DNA of 64,000 nt from an uncultured Verrucomicrobiae bacterium (GCA_963788655.1 CAWBHS010000087.1:1-64000), one strand, 5' to 3'. Positions 32,040 through 42,926 are shown, counted from the stretch's first letter. Notes: a model not told the origin generated them from the letters alone. Made by a program: numbers and translations.

Positions 32040-34373
32040 ATGAACGTGCAATGGTGGCGCATTTTGCTGTTGAAAGGAATTGCCGGTGTGTTGTTGGTGA
32101 GCCCGCTGGCCCTGCCGCTTCCGGCGGCGGAATCCGCACCCACCAAGGAGACCGCTCCGCAAATCGATCCCAAAGTCGAACAACTTGTTCAACAAGTCGG
32201 CAAGCTGCTGCAGCAAGCCGACCGCCTCAGTGTGAACCTAACTATGGCCTTTCATACTGAAATGCCGGGGATGAAACAGGAAATCGCCATGGAATACTCC
32301 CTCGCCTGGGACCGGCCCAATAAACTGGCTCTCAGCCTGAAAAGCGGCCTGATCGGGGGCACTATCGTTTCCGATGGCACGAAGTTATACACCTACAGTC
32401 CCATAAGAAAGCGTTACACGGAAACCGCCGCGCCCAAAGACTTGAGTGAAATGTTCAGCCGCGATGCGGGAATTGTGGACATGGCCATTGGCCCACCGGG
32501 CTTTCCGTTTCTCAAGGCATTGGTGGCCCACGATCCTGCGGAAGCCATGCTCGCCCGAGTGCATTCAGCGAAATACGTTGGCGAAGCGCTGCTGGGGAAG
32601 GTGCAATGTCACCACGCTAAATTTTCGCAGCGAGAAATGGATTGGGAGTTGTGGGTGGAGACGGGCCCGCAGCCGTTCGTGCGGCAAGTCAATTTCGATA
32701 TGAGCAAGGCGAGGAACAGCGCCACGTCGGAGACCGAAGCCCTGGGGCAGAAGGCGGAGATGCTCAAGACCACGAAGACGACCATGACGCTGACGTTCAG
32801 CAACTGGGAAATCAATCCGAGCTTTTCCGCCGACCGTTTCATTTTTACGCCACCGGAAGGCGCCAAGAAAAGCGATTCGTTGATTGGGGGACTTGACGAA
32901 ACGGAATCCACGCGCGCCCTGGTGGGGCAGCCCGCCCCGACGTTTGAAGTCGAGCTCCTGGACGGCGGTCACTTCGATCTCGCCGCCCACCGGGGCAAGC
33001 ACGTTGTTATCCTCGATTTTTGGGCCACCCGGCGTAGTCTCTCCGTCAGGACTTTGCTCACGCTGGCCGAAATGGCCGCGGCTTACCGCGATCGGGGTGT
33101 GGTGTTTTGCCCCATCAACCAACAGGAAGACGCCAACACCATCCGGAATTTCCTGAAGAAGAAGGACCTCAAATTAAACGTCGCGTTGGACTCGAAAGGC
33201 AAAGTGAGTGAACTCTACGAAGTCAAACGGATTCCCCAAACCGTGATTATCGACACCAATGGAGTGGTGCAGGCCGTTCACGTGGGGCTGCTGCGCAATT
33301 CGAAAACGAGACTTCAGGAAGAACTCGATGCCGTTTTGGCTGGTAAGAATCTGGCCGCAGCGGACGCTACGGCGACCTACAGTTTTGAGCTGAAGAACCT
33401 CACGGCGGCTTGGACGATTGTAGGCCGCTGGGTGGGCGTGGCCTGTGATCCGGGGCAGGCCACAGGTTACGCAGTTGCTATCGGCGGCACCGCCATTGAG
33501 TTCAACCCGGACGGCCACACTCAACGGGAGTTTTACCTTACTGGACCCGCCTGGGTGTTTCAAGGGGAGTTCCGCCTTACCGGATCCGCCTGGGTGTTGC
33601 GGACCGCCAACCTGGCCGGTGATGCCGCGCGTGAACTGGTTTCCTTTCAATGCTGGGGACACGCCGTTTTTGCCAGCGATCGGAAGGGCAATACCCTCTG
33701 GAAATATGCCGAAGACCGGGGCGTGGGTGACGTGTGCGCCGCGGATCTGGATGGGGATGGCCTCGATGAGGTCATCATTGGCTACAACGGACATGGCGGA
33801 TTGCACGGGCTCGACAACCAAGGGCGTCTGCTATGGAAGAACACCGACATCGGCAACGTGTCGTACGTGAGCGCCGGTGACGTGGACGGCGACGGAGCGA
33901 TTGAAGTGGTCAGCACCTCGGCCAAAGGTCGGGTCCACATATTCAACGTGGATGGCAAGAAGGTGCGGGATCTCAAACCTTCCGGCTACGCCAATCTGGT
34001 TTGTCTGGCGGAGAACGCTCAGGGCGGGCGAAAGAAGCAGATCATTGTCGGTTGTTCAGTTCAAAAAGACAATTTTTTGGCGGGCCTGAGCGCCGAAGGA
34101 AAAGAACAGTGGCGACAGCCTTTAGCTTCCGGCGACAAGTCACACGTCAATTCGGTGCAAGCGGCGCCCAATCGGCCGTGGCTGGCGGTGTTGCTGCGCG
34201 ACGGCCAGGTGCGGGTAATCCAGACGGCCACCGGCGAAGTGCTGGCCCAAATCGACGGCTTGAAAAATAGTCGCGGACAGGTGGCCTGGTTTGCCCGCGC
34301 GTCGCAGGAAGCGCCACTGTTGCTGGTCGCCACCGGACGCGACCTCCGTGCGTTTCAGATCGAAAGCAAATGA
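32040..34373 (+). CDS. Secreted DUF2092/LolA-like + TlpA-like redoxin (CxxC lost) + beta-propeller protein
   Basis: RPNKL...SDGTKLYTY; GQPAPTFE...VILDFWATRRSLS; DLDGDGLDEV and DVDGDGAIEV FG-GAP repeats. Confidence 0.75.
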   Translation: MNVQWWRILLLKGIAGVLLVSPLALPLPAAESAPTKETAPQIDPKVEQLVQQVGKLLQQADRLSVNLTMAFHTEMPGMKQEIAMEYSLAWDRPNKLALSLKSGLIGGTIVSDGTKLYTYSPIRKRYTETAAPKDLSEMFSRDAGIVDMAIGPPGFPFLKALVAHDPAEAMLARVHSAKYVGEALLGKVQCHHAKFSQREMDWELWVETGPQPFVRQVNFDMSKARNSATSETEALGQKAEMLKTTKTTMTLTFSNWEINPSFSADRFIFTPPEGAKKSDSLIGGLDETESTRALVGQPAPTFEVELLDGGHFDLAAHRGKHVVILDFWATRRSLSVRTLLTLAEMAAAYRDRGVVFCPINQQEDANTIRNFLKKKDLKLNVALDSKGKVSELYEVKRIPQTVIIDTNGVVQAVHVGLLRNSKTRLQEELDAVLAGKNLAAADATATYSFELKNLTAAWTIVGRWVGVACDPGQATGYAVAIGGTAIEFNPDGHTQREFYLTGPAWVFQGEFRLTGSAWVLRTANLAGDAARELVSFQCWGHAVFASDRKGNTLWKYAEDRGVGDVCAADLDGDGLDEVIIGYNGHGGLHGLDNQGRLLWKNTDIGNVSYVSAGDVDGDGAIEVVSTSAKGRVHIFNVDGKKVRDLKPSGYANLVCLAENAQGGRKKQIIVGCSVQKDNFLAGLSAEGKEQWRQPLASGDKSHVNSVQAAPNRPWLAVLLRDGQVRVIQTATGEVLAQIDGLKNSRGQVAWFARASQEAPLLLVATGRDLRAFQIESK

Positions 34374-34421
34374 AGTTAACGCGCTGATTCTAATTGGGGC
34401 GTTGCTCGCATTCTTGAGACG

Positions 34422-34616
34422 GCCGTGACTATTCAGTAGGATGGGCGTCCCGCCTGTCCCGAACGACTGCAAACCATCGACTTGTACCGCAGCGCCGCAA
34501 GTCTCTCCAGGTTACTAAAAACTGAGGATACCTTGGGGCTATTCGAGACAGGCGAGACGCCTGTCCTACCACGCCGAATCGCTTCAGCGCGGCTCCAGCT
34601 ATTGAATAGTCACGGT
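34422..34616. mobile_element. MITE family A copy 2
   Basis: Colinear with 29355-29548; TIR GCCGTGACTATTCA / TGAATAGTCACGG. Confidence 0.75.
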
Positions 34617-34627
34617 TTAGATACGGC

Positions 34628-36278
34628 TTATGGCACGCGCAATTTCAACTCCCGGCCGTAGAGCGTGAGGAGGGGATGCTTTACGACGGCGCGGATTTCG
34701 TACGTTCTTCCCGATTGGAGCCCATCGAGCGTGACCTCAAATCGGCCGGTGGTATCGCGTGAAGTAAGTGGTGTGTTTACCCAGGATTCCGTGCGTTCGT
34801 TGACATCAAGGCCGGTGATGTCGCGATACTCGAAGCCGGTTTCCAGCGACGTGGCGTCGCCCAGGCTTTGCAGGGCGCCTTCGCAACGTGCGGTGCGGGC
34901 GGACTTGTCCCAGCTCACCCGGACCGTATCGACACGCGGCGGCACGAGGGCTGGATTGACGTGCGTGAGTTTGAGCACGACGGGATTGGGCCACTTCCGG
35001 TCGTTGTAAATTCGCTGGGCGCGCATGGCCCGGACGTGCAGGCCGTCCGTTTCCTGCGTCCAAGTGGTCAACGGTTTCACGTCGGCCGAGGTACTCCAGC
35101 ACCTGGTCATTCTGGCCCATTACCCTGACTTGGGTTTGGTCGGTGGCGCGGACGGAGTGCAGAACGATCTCCTTCCATTCGCCGTGTTTCCAGCGTGCTT
35201 CTGGACGCAGTTTCACAATGGCGTAGAGCGTGTCTTGGTTCTTCTTTCGCGTGAACCAGATGTCTTTCTCATTGGTGATGATCCACGGCCGCACGCCATA
35301 GATGCATTCGCCATTGACGAACATCCACAGCGCGATTTCACGCAGCCGTTGCTCCTGTTCAATCGGCAATTCGCCGTCTGGTTTGGGGCCAACGTTGAGT
35401 AAGAGGTTGCCGCCCTTGGCGCGCGTTTCAATGAGCAGTGAGAGGCAGTCCCAGCCGGTTTTGTAGTCCTCGTTGGTCGGCTTGTATTGCCATTGGGTGC
35501 CCATCGTGAGGCAGGCTTCCCACGCGCCTTCCAACGGAACGCCGGGGACGTATTGTTCCGGCGTCTGGATCGCGCCGCGCGTGACCACGAGGTCCGGCTG
35601 CAACTGCCACGCGAGATCGCGCAATCCCTGCGCCTCCCCATCGAAGAACATCACGTCAATCGGCCCGTATTTCGTGAGCAATTCGCGGACTTGGGCCTGA
35701 TCGTGAGCCATCAAACCGGGGTTGCTGCGCGGTTGCACGGCGGCCGTCCCGCGCTGGATGGTGACGCCGTTCTGGTGCAGCCACCAGAAATCATCGGGCG
35801 AAAAATAGAGTCCCGGTGCGATGCCCTGGGCGCGAAACGCCTGCAACAACTCCGCCGTGATGTCACGCTGGAACGGCGTGTGCGCGATGCTGAAGTCCGT
35901 GGTCGCCGTGTCCCACATACAGAAGCCCGAATGGTGCTTGGCGGTGAACACGACGTAGCGGATCCCGGCGAGCTTGGCCAGTGCCGCCCAGTCCGAGGGA
36001 TGAAATTTGCGCGGGTTGAACGTCTCGGGCAGTTCGGCAACAAAGCGCTTCACGTAATCGTCGGAAGCGCCAACCAGCGAGTGGCTGATGACCGAACCAA
36101 GCTGACTGTCCACGCTCCAATGGATGAACAGGCCAAAGCCCTGGTCCCGGAACCATTCGAGCCGTTCGGCGCGGTTGGTGCGGGTTATGGGCGCATCGTT
36201 CTGGGCGAAGGACGGCAACGCCCCTGCAAAGATGGCGACGGTTATGGCGAAGAACGCGGATACAGATCGTGATTGCAT
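34628..36278 (-). CDS. GH29 alpha-L-fucosidase (frameshift near 35090)
   Basis: WFRDQGFGLFIHW, TAKHHSGFCMW, FFDG, WEACLTM, GGNLLLNVGP. Confidence 0.88.
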
Positions 36279-36329
36279 GGCCGCTAGCGAACACAAGGAG
36301 CGCCGGAATGCCAAGTGATTTGAATGCGC

Positions 36330-36474
36330 ATTCCACTTCGCGTTCAAGATGAGACTGCAAACGGAGCGGGGACATTCCTGTCCGCTGTTGCGGCCCCATC
36401 CCCACCCAGCGGACAGGAATGTCCGCGCTCCAGTTCAAATCCGCATTGGTCTCAACTTGAAAGCACAATGGAAT
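36330..36474. mobile_element. MITE family B copy 2
   Basis: Colinear with 29551-29695. Confidence 0.7.
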
Positions 36475-36488
36475 CACCGGCGGAACCG

Positions 36489-39281
36489 CTATTGGTCCTT
36501 GATCCAAACCAACGACCGTCCGCCGCGATTGAGCCGGGCGTAATTGGGAATGGCGAGCAGCGGCTTGCCGTCGGTGAACTGGCCTTGAATGACCATGATC
36601 CCGCCCAGCAGTTCCGGCTTCCAGGCCGTGGACAAGGGTGCTTCCGGGCTGAGGATCGAATCCACATTTTGGTCCACGCTTTCCAGGTTGTAGATGAGCG
36701 GGCCATAGCGTAGCGCCACGCGGCCGGCATCGGCCGCCACTTTCGGACTGGCTTTGACGCGTTGGACGGTCAGGGGCATTTCCCACGTGACCGTGTCACC
36801 GGCTTGCCACTCGCGGGTGAGGACCGCGTAGCCATGCTCAATGACCGGCTGGACGGAATGGCCGTTGACCGCCAGCGAGTTTAACCCTTCGACCTTCGGC
36901 GTGCTGGTGTAGAGGTCGCTTACCTGGCGGTTCGGGACGCGCAGGTGCAAGGCGAACCGTTTGCGCACAGCGGGATTGACCGTGAGGGCCACCTTGCCGT
37001 TCCACGGGTAGTCGGTCGTTTGCCCGAGTTGCACCGAGGTGCCGGCGACCGAACGCAACGTGACCGTGCTGCCAACGAACAGGTTCACATAGATCGCCTC
37101 GGGGCCGGTGGTGTAAGTCCAGGTGGGCAGCATGAGCAGCGTGCGGGGAATGTTGCCCACGCAGCAAGGGCACACGTGCCATTTATAGCGTCCCCCGCTG
37201 GAATCGAGCGGATTGGTGTAGGTGTAATTTTGCCCTTCCAGATCCAGGTCGCCGAGGATGGCGTTGTAAAGCGTCTCCTCGAACAGGTCGGCATACCGGG
37301 CATCCTGGTACGCCATCTGGAGTTTGTGCTGGAAGAAAAGCTCCCCGCAGTTGGCGCAAGACTCGCAATAGGAATGGTTCGGTAACGAATAATCTTTGCC
37401 GAAGCCCTCGGAGGTTTCACCGCTGCCCACGCCGCCGGTGACGTAATACTTGCGGTTGACGATGTTGTTCCACAGGGACTGGACGGCGCTGTGGTAGTCC
37501 ACGTCGCCGGTCGCCATCGCAATGTCCGCCATGCCGGAATAGGAATAGACCGCGCGCACCGAGTGGCCGACCGCTTCGTATTGCTCGATGACCGGCAGGT
37601 GACTCTGATCGTATTCACTGCCGTCCTGGCGCGAATCGAGGAGAAACTTGGCCAACGCGACATAGGGGCGGCCTTGTCCCGTGCCGTCCACTTCGTCCAC
37701 AAAACGGGCCAGGCGCACCAGGGCTTGCTCGAGTTCCTGGTGGCCTTCGAACCAGGCTTGCTTGGGCGCGGGCCCGATGTTTCTCACCCAGCAATCGGCC
37801 AGGCGCCTGGCGGCGTCGAGCATCCGCCGGTCCTTGCCGCCGGTCATCAGGTAGTGCGCCATCGCCGCTTCCATGAAGTAACCGGCCTGGTAACCTTCAT
37901 GGTCGGCGCGGTTGGACCAGCGCCGGTGACCCTGGATGGTGTACATCGTGTGGAGATAGCCATCCGGTTCCTGGGCGCCGAGGAATTTCGGAATCCAATC
38001 GTCGATGGTCTTCCGCAGGGCGGCCTGCGCCGCGGCGATTTCCGCGTCCTCCTGCGGATCGACCAGCAGCGCGAGGCACATCGACTCGAAGGTGTTATAG
38101 ACCCAGGTGTTGGCGAACACGGGGCCGGTGTGTTTGGCGCCGGATTGGCCGGCCAACTTTTTCGCGGCTTGGACAAAATTCTCGATGCCACCCTCGGGCG
38201 TGGTCGGCTCTTCAATTTTGCGGACGCAATGGGGAATCCAATTCACGATGACCGCCTTCAAGCGCGCCCGCCAGAAGGGACTGCTGATTTGGTATTCGGT
38301 GGGCCAGACAAAGCGGAGGTGCTGGGCCGGCGGCTTCGGGGTGACGGTGACTTTCACGGGAGCGGCACCCTTTAATTGCCCATCATCGGCGGTGAGCTTG
38401 AGGACATAATCGCCTACGGCGGAAAAGCGGGCCGTCGTCTCCGTAGCGGTGGCATCGGCAAACGTGACTTCGCCGGGGCCGGCGTCCTTGATCCAGCGCA
38501 CCTGCGGCGACGCACTGGGTTTGCCATCGTCCTTCACGCGGCCGCGCAAATAGGTTTGGCCCGACAGGACGACCACGCGATCTACACCGGCTTCAACGGT
38601 GGGGGCGAAATTCGGCGAGTTGCCGGAGTCATAAACGCGCCATTCGAGCAGGCCAGTGGAACTGTCGCCCTGGCCGTCGAATTCGAGTCGGAGCTTGGTG
38701 GTGGTCAGTTCGGGAAAACTGGTCACGTTGAACTGATTTTCCTCGAAACCGAGGCCAGTGGCGTTGGTCACCGCTACAAACGCCTGGCCGTCCCAGGCAT
38801 ACAGCCGGCACGCTTTGGGCAGGCGCACGCCGCGGCGGTCGTCGAACCAATAGACCGCCATCCGACGCGTCGCGATGGGTTGGCTCCAATCGTATTGCAC
38901 CCATTGAGTGCCGCGGCGGGGCCAGTTGCCGTAAGCGCCGCGGCTTTTGTCGTTGGAGTGGCGCGGGGTGAAGCCGTCGTTGAGCGCCGTGATGGTTTCG
39001 TGGCCGGACACATACGACGTCGAAGTCGTGGCGACGAGCGCCAGGTTGGCGTCGGTGTGCTCAGGGGAGGCGGCCGCCGCGGCGAGCAGATCAGGGGAGC
39101 CAGTCAGGAGCCAACTGGCGGACAGGATGACGAACCACGCCGGCCTCGGCACCAGCGAGGCCAAAGGCAAAGGAAAACTTGAAAGTTTGGATTTCAACGG
39201 GACGACTGGTCTTAACGAGTATGCGCGCATAAATTGGATCGATTGGTTGACGAGGTTAGGAGCGGGAAGGTCATTGGTCAA
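36489..39281 (-). CDS. GH127 beta-L-arabinofuranosidase-like protein with N-terminal discoidin-like and PKD/Ig domains
   Basis: AVGHSVRA, YVTGGVG, EGFG, YCESCA, CPCCVGN, TDYPWNG. Confidence 0.9.
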   Translation of the reverse strand: MTNDLPAPNLVNQSIQFMRAYSLRPVVPLKSKLSSFPLPLASLVPRPAWFVILSASWLLTGSPDLLAAAAASPEHTDANLALVATTSTSYVSGHETITALNDGFTPRHSNDKSRGAYGNWPRRGTQWVQYDWSQPIATRRMAVYWFDDRRGVRLPKACRLYAWDGQAFVAVTNATGLGFEENQFNVTSFPELTTTKLRLEFDGQGDSSTGLLEWRVYDSGNSPNFAPTVEAGVDRVVVLSGQTYLRGRVKDDGKPSASPQVRWIKDAGPGEVTFADATATETTARFSAVGDYVLKLTADDGQLKGAAPVKVTVTPKPPAQHLRFVWPTEYQISSPFWRARLKAVIVNWIPHCVRKIEEPTTPEGGIENFVQAAKKLAGQSGAKHTGPVFANTWVYNTFESMCLALLVDPQEDAEIAAAQAALRKTIDDWIPKFLGAQEPDGYLHTMYTIQGHRRWSNRADHEGYQAGYFMEAAMAHYLMTGGKDRRMLDAARRLADCWVRNIGPAPKQAWFEGHQELEQALVRLARFVDEVDGTGQGRPYVALAKFLLDSRQDGSEYDQSHLPVIEQYEAVGHSVRAVYSYSGMADIAMATGDVDYHSAVQSLWNNIVNRKYYVTGGVGSGETSEGFGKDYSLPNHSYCESCANCGELFFQHKLQMAYQDARYADLFEETLYNAILGDLDLEGQNYTYTNPLDSSGGRYKWHVCPCCVGNIPRTLLMLPTWTYTTGPEAIYVNLFVGSTVTLRSVAGTSVQLGQTTDYPWNGKVALTVNPAVRKRFALHLRVPNRQVSDLYTSTPKVEGLNSLAVNGHSVQPVIEHGYAVLTREWQAGDTVTWEMPLTVQRVKASPKVAADAGRVALRYGPLIYNLESVDQNVDSILSPEAPLSTAWKPELLGGIMVIQGQFTDGKPLLAIPNYARLNRGGRSLVWIKDQ

Positions 39282-39496
39282 TTTCGGTCCTGAATTTCAT
39301 TGCGACGTTCGACGCGCTCTAAACCGGTTGGATCGGTGGGGAGCAGATTCCTGGTTCAGGCGATGGGCTCCAGACGGATTGGCGGCGTTTCCATCAGCCA
39401 ATGCGCTTCTTTGTTCCATCGCCGCACAATCTCACGCTGGAAGACTGGCAAGGCTCTTTCGATTTCGCTGATCGACTCTTTGTCCGAGGTTCCTGA

Positions 39497-39691
39497 GCCG
39501 TGACTATTCAGTAGGACAGGCGTCCCGCCTGTCCCGAACGACTGCAAACCTTCGACTTGTACAGTAGCGCCGCAAGTCTCTCCAGGTCACTAAAAAGTGA
39601 GGATGCCTTGGGGCTATTCGAGACAGGCGAGACGCCTGTCCTACCGCGCCGAATCGCATCATCGCTGCTCCAGCTACTGAATGGATACGGC
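39497..39691. mobile_element. MITE family A copy 3
   Basis: Colinear with the other two copies. Confidence 0.75.
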
Positions 39692-39786
39692 TTAGCGAAC
39701 TGCTGCCGCCCAGCAGCGGGCCTCCAAACGATTGCCGAAATTCATTTGCCAATGAAGAAACAACGGAACTAGGATGTCCAAGCATC

Positions 39787-41130
39787 ATGAAAACATCACA
39801 ACCATCTGTTACTACTCGACGGGAATTTCTCAAAACTTCCAGCGCGGTCGCGCTGGGCGGCGCGTTGGCCAGTCCGTTCGTGCTGACCGGCCGGTCCTAC
39901 GGGGCCTCACCGGGGGACACCCTTAAAATCGGCCTCATTGGTTGCGGCGGACGCGGCACCGGCGCCGCCGCGCAAGCGTTGCAAACCGGGGAGAGCGTGG
40001 TCCTCACGGCCATGGGCGACGTGTTTGAAAGCCAACTCCAAAGCAGCCTCAAAAACCTGAGCGCAAAACCCAAGCCCAAGGAAGGTGAGGCGCCGCAACC
40101 GCATTACAGCGATCGGGTCAACGTCGATCCGGACCATTGTTTCGTTGGGCTTGACGCGTATCAAAAGGTCATCGACAGCGGCGTGGATGTGGTGTTGCTC
40201 GCGACGCCGCCGGGCTTCCGTCCTCAGCACCTCAAAGCCGCCATTGACGCGGGCAAAAATGTGTTTTGCGAAAAACCCATGGCCACGGACGCGCCCGGCC
40301 TGCGGTCGGTCCTGGAAAGCGCCGCCAAAGCCAAGGAAAAGAAACTGGCGCTGGTGGCCGGGTTTTGCTGGCGTTACGAATTGGGGCGCGAGGAATTTTA
40401 CCAACGGGTTCACGACGGCGCGATTGGCGACATCCGCGCCATTTACGCCACCTACCTCACCGGGCCGGTCAAACCCATGCCGCCCGCCGACACCCGGCCC
40501 GCGGGCATGAGCGATGTCGAGTGGCAGCTTCACAACTGGTACAATTTCACCTGGCTTTCCGGGGATGGTTTGTGCGAACAGGCCTGCCACAGCATCGATA
40601 AAATTGCCTGGGCCATGAACGGGGTGTTGCCGCTCAAAGCCGTGGCGAGTGGTGGCCGGCAGATTCCCAATAACGAAGGCAACATCTACGATCACATCGA
40701 TGTCTTCTACGAGTTCCCCAATGGCGTGCGCGCATTCATGGCCCAGCGTCAGATCAGCAAGTGCTACAGTGACAACTCGGATTACTTGATGGGTGCCGAC
40801 GGCTTGGGCACGATCAAGGGTTGGTCGGCCCCCGTCATCACCGGCAAGGAAACCTGGAAGTATCGCGGCCCGACAAAGAACATGTACCAGCACGAACATG
40901 ACATGTTGTTCGCCTCGATTCGCAAAGGCGAGCCAATCAACGACGGCATCTGGATGGCGCACAGCAGCCTCATGGCCATCATGGGCCGGATGGCCGCCTA
41001 CACCGGCCAGGAAGTCACTTGGGAGCAAGCCATGAACTCCCAGGAAAAACTGGTGCCGGACAATTTGACGTGGGACATGAAACTCCCCATTCGCCCGATG
41101 TCCATGCCAGGCCAGACGAAGTTCATTTAA
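39787..41130 (+). CDS. Tat-exported Gfo/Idh/MocA oxidoreductase
   Basis: TRREFLK Tat motif, IGLIGCGGRG, CEKP, EQACHSID. Confidence 0.9.
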   Translation: MKTSQPSVTTRREFLKTSSAVALGGALASPFVLTGRSYGASPGDTLKIGLIGCGGRGTGAAAQALQTGESVVLTAMGDVFESQLQSSLKNLSAKPKPKEGEAPQPHYSDRVNVDPDHCFVGLDAYQKVIDSGVDVVLLATPPGFRPQHLKAAIDAGKNVFCEKPMATDAPGLRSVLESAAKAKEKKLALVAGFCWRYELGREEFYQRVHDGAIGDIRAIYATYLTGPVKPMPPADTRPAGMSDVEWQLHNWYNFTWLSGDGLCEQACHSIDKIAWAMNGVLPLKAVASGGRQIPNNEGNIYDHIDVFYEFPNGVRAFMAQRQISKCYSDNSDYLMGADGLGTIKGWSAPVITGKETWKYRGPTKNMYQHEHDMLFASIRKGEPINDGIWMAHSSLMAIMGRMAAYTGQEVTWEQAMNSQEKLVPDNLTWDMKLPIRPMSMPGQTKFI

Positions 41131-41148
41131 GTTGCGTTTGCGTTTCCT

Positions 41149-41179
41149 AACGGGCCGGCCTTGCGCCGGCCCGTTTTTT
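41149..41179 (+). terminator. Rho-independent terminator
   Basis: AACGGGCCGGC-cttgc-GCCGGCCCGTT followed by a T-run. Confidence 0.75.
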
Positions 41180-41229
41180 GTAGGACCGGCGTCCCGCCGG
41201 TTTCCCTTCGACGTTCGCGCGGATGAGGG

Positions 41230-42426
41230 CATCCGCGCCCCCGCAGTGGCGAGGGGGAGCGGAAGGTTGAAGGATGAAGGATGATTGTTTCAATCCGCGC
41301 CCATCGCAGTGGCGAGGGGCGACCAGCGGGGGAAAAGAAAATATGTTTAAAATGAAAAAGTTTCAATCCGCGCCCCCCGCAGTGGCGAGGGGCGACCGTG
41401 ACACGTGCTACGCTTCACAGTGTCTCCATGCGCGTTTCAATCCGCGCCCCCCGCAGTGGCGAGGGGCGACCGACGTTGACGCATTGGCACCGCGTACGCA
41501 ACGGCGTTTCAATCCGCGCCCCCCGCAGTGGCGAGGGGCGACGCATCGGTGGCGATCTAGCGCGATTCGATGGGCTCGTTTCAATCCGCGCCCCCCGCAG
41601 TGGCGAGGGGCGACTCACGGATTTGCTGAGCACAATTGCTGCAGTGCGTGTTTCAATCCGCGCCCCCCGCAGTGGCGAGGGGCGACTTGATCGCGGCGTC
41701 TGACTATACGCTGATCATGGCTAGTTTCAATCCGCGCCCCCCGCAGTGGCGAGGGGCGACCGCTTCGTCTGAGCAGTCGACGATTTGCTCGAGTGGTTTC
41801 AATCCGCGCCCCCCGCAGTGGCGAGGGGCGACCGGCAGCACGCTACGCAAGCGCAGTCACATCGCAGATTGCTGTTTCAATCCGCGCCCCCCGCAGTGGC
41901 GAGGGGCGACGCCAGTCAGAAGTCGTCGCTGACGCTTACGATTGCTGTTTCAATCCGCGCCCCCCGCAGTGGCGAGGGGCGACCGTGATCGAGCATGCAG
42001 ACATTGAGCCGACACAGTGCTGCGTTTCAATCCGCGCCCCCCGCAGTGGCGAGGGGCGACCGCAACGTGTCGGACTGGCAGACGTCAGCGTAATCGTGTT
42101 TCAATCCGCGCCCCCCGCAGTGGCGAGGGGCGACCGTTTCGCGACGTCCAGTACCGCTGAGCCGCCACGTGTTTCAATCCGCGCCCCCCGCAGTGGCGAG
42201 GGGCGACGCATTGCAGATGCTGTGATGCAGTCGGATCAGTGACGGTTTCAATCCGCGCCCCCCGCAGTGGCGAGGGGCGACTGCAATGCGTAGGTCGATT
42301 GCCGACAGTGCAGTAGTGTTTCAATCCGCGCCCCCCGCAGTGGCGAGGGGCGACCCGTGCTGCCAGCGTGCCTCAGCGTCAAAGACTGTGTTTCAATCCG
42401 CGCCCCCCGCAGTGGCGAGGGGCGAC
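41230..42426 (-). CRISPR. Type I-C CRISPR array: 37-bp repeat GTCGCCCCTCGCCACTGCGGGGGGCGCGGATTGAAAC, 16 full repeats plus a degenerate trailer repeat
   Basis: Repeats start (+) at 41287 (2 mismatches), 41360, 41434, 41506, 41578, 41650, 41724, 41796, 41874, 41947, 42024, 42098, 42171, 42245, 42318, 42390. Spacers 35-41 nt. Partial repeat at about 41230-41260. Confidence 0.98.
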
Positions 42427-42635
42427 TGCGGCCCTGGCTTGCGCTTGAGCCGCAGGAAGTTTCTAGCACGTTTCCGCCAACCTGCCAGTCATTCTCGTTT
42501 CGCCAAGGTCTGCCATGTCAAAGAACAGGCGATAAAGCCCCGATTTGTTGGCCTTCTGAGGCGCCGCGAAACTCCCCGCCTCCGCCCGGCACTGAGGGTT
42601 CGCGGAAGGCTCGATCAGCCAGGTGCAATCGGGAA
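42427..42635 (-). promoter_or_regulatory. CRISPR leader
   Basis: Between cas2 and the first repeat; contains the GCGAACCC...TTTCGC motif common in I-C leaders. Confidence 0.7.
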
Positions 42636-42926
42636 TCACAGGATCAGCGGTTCGGTCAGGTCCACGGGCTGGTTCACGCCGTGGTGCTCCGTGCGGCCGG
42701 CCGCCTTTTCATCAAGAAAGTAAAATCGCAGCGAGTCCTCCTTGTCCTTGATCTCGCGCAGCAGGCGGTCGCGCAATTGCACCCACTCCTTCTGTCCCAC
42801 CTGGCATTCGAAGACGGATTTTTGCACCCGCGTACCGTAATCCTCGCAGGCCCGCGCGACCCGGCGCAGGCGGCGCAGGCCGGGTTTCTCCACGGTGGAA
42901 ACGTCGTACGTGACCAGGATGAGCAT
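42636..42926 (-). CDS. cas2: Cas2
   Basis: MLILVTYDV...RLRRVARACEDYGTRVQKSVFEC...DSLRFY. Confidence 0.96.
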   Translation of the reverse strand: MLILVTYDVSTVEKPGLRRLRRVARACEDYGTRVQKSVFECQVGQKEWVQLRDRLLREIKDKEDSLRFYFLDEKAAGRTEHHGVNQPVDLTEPLIL

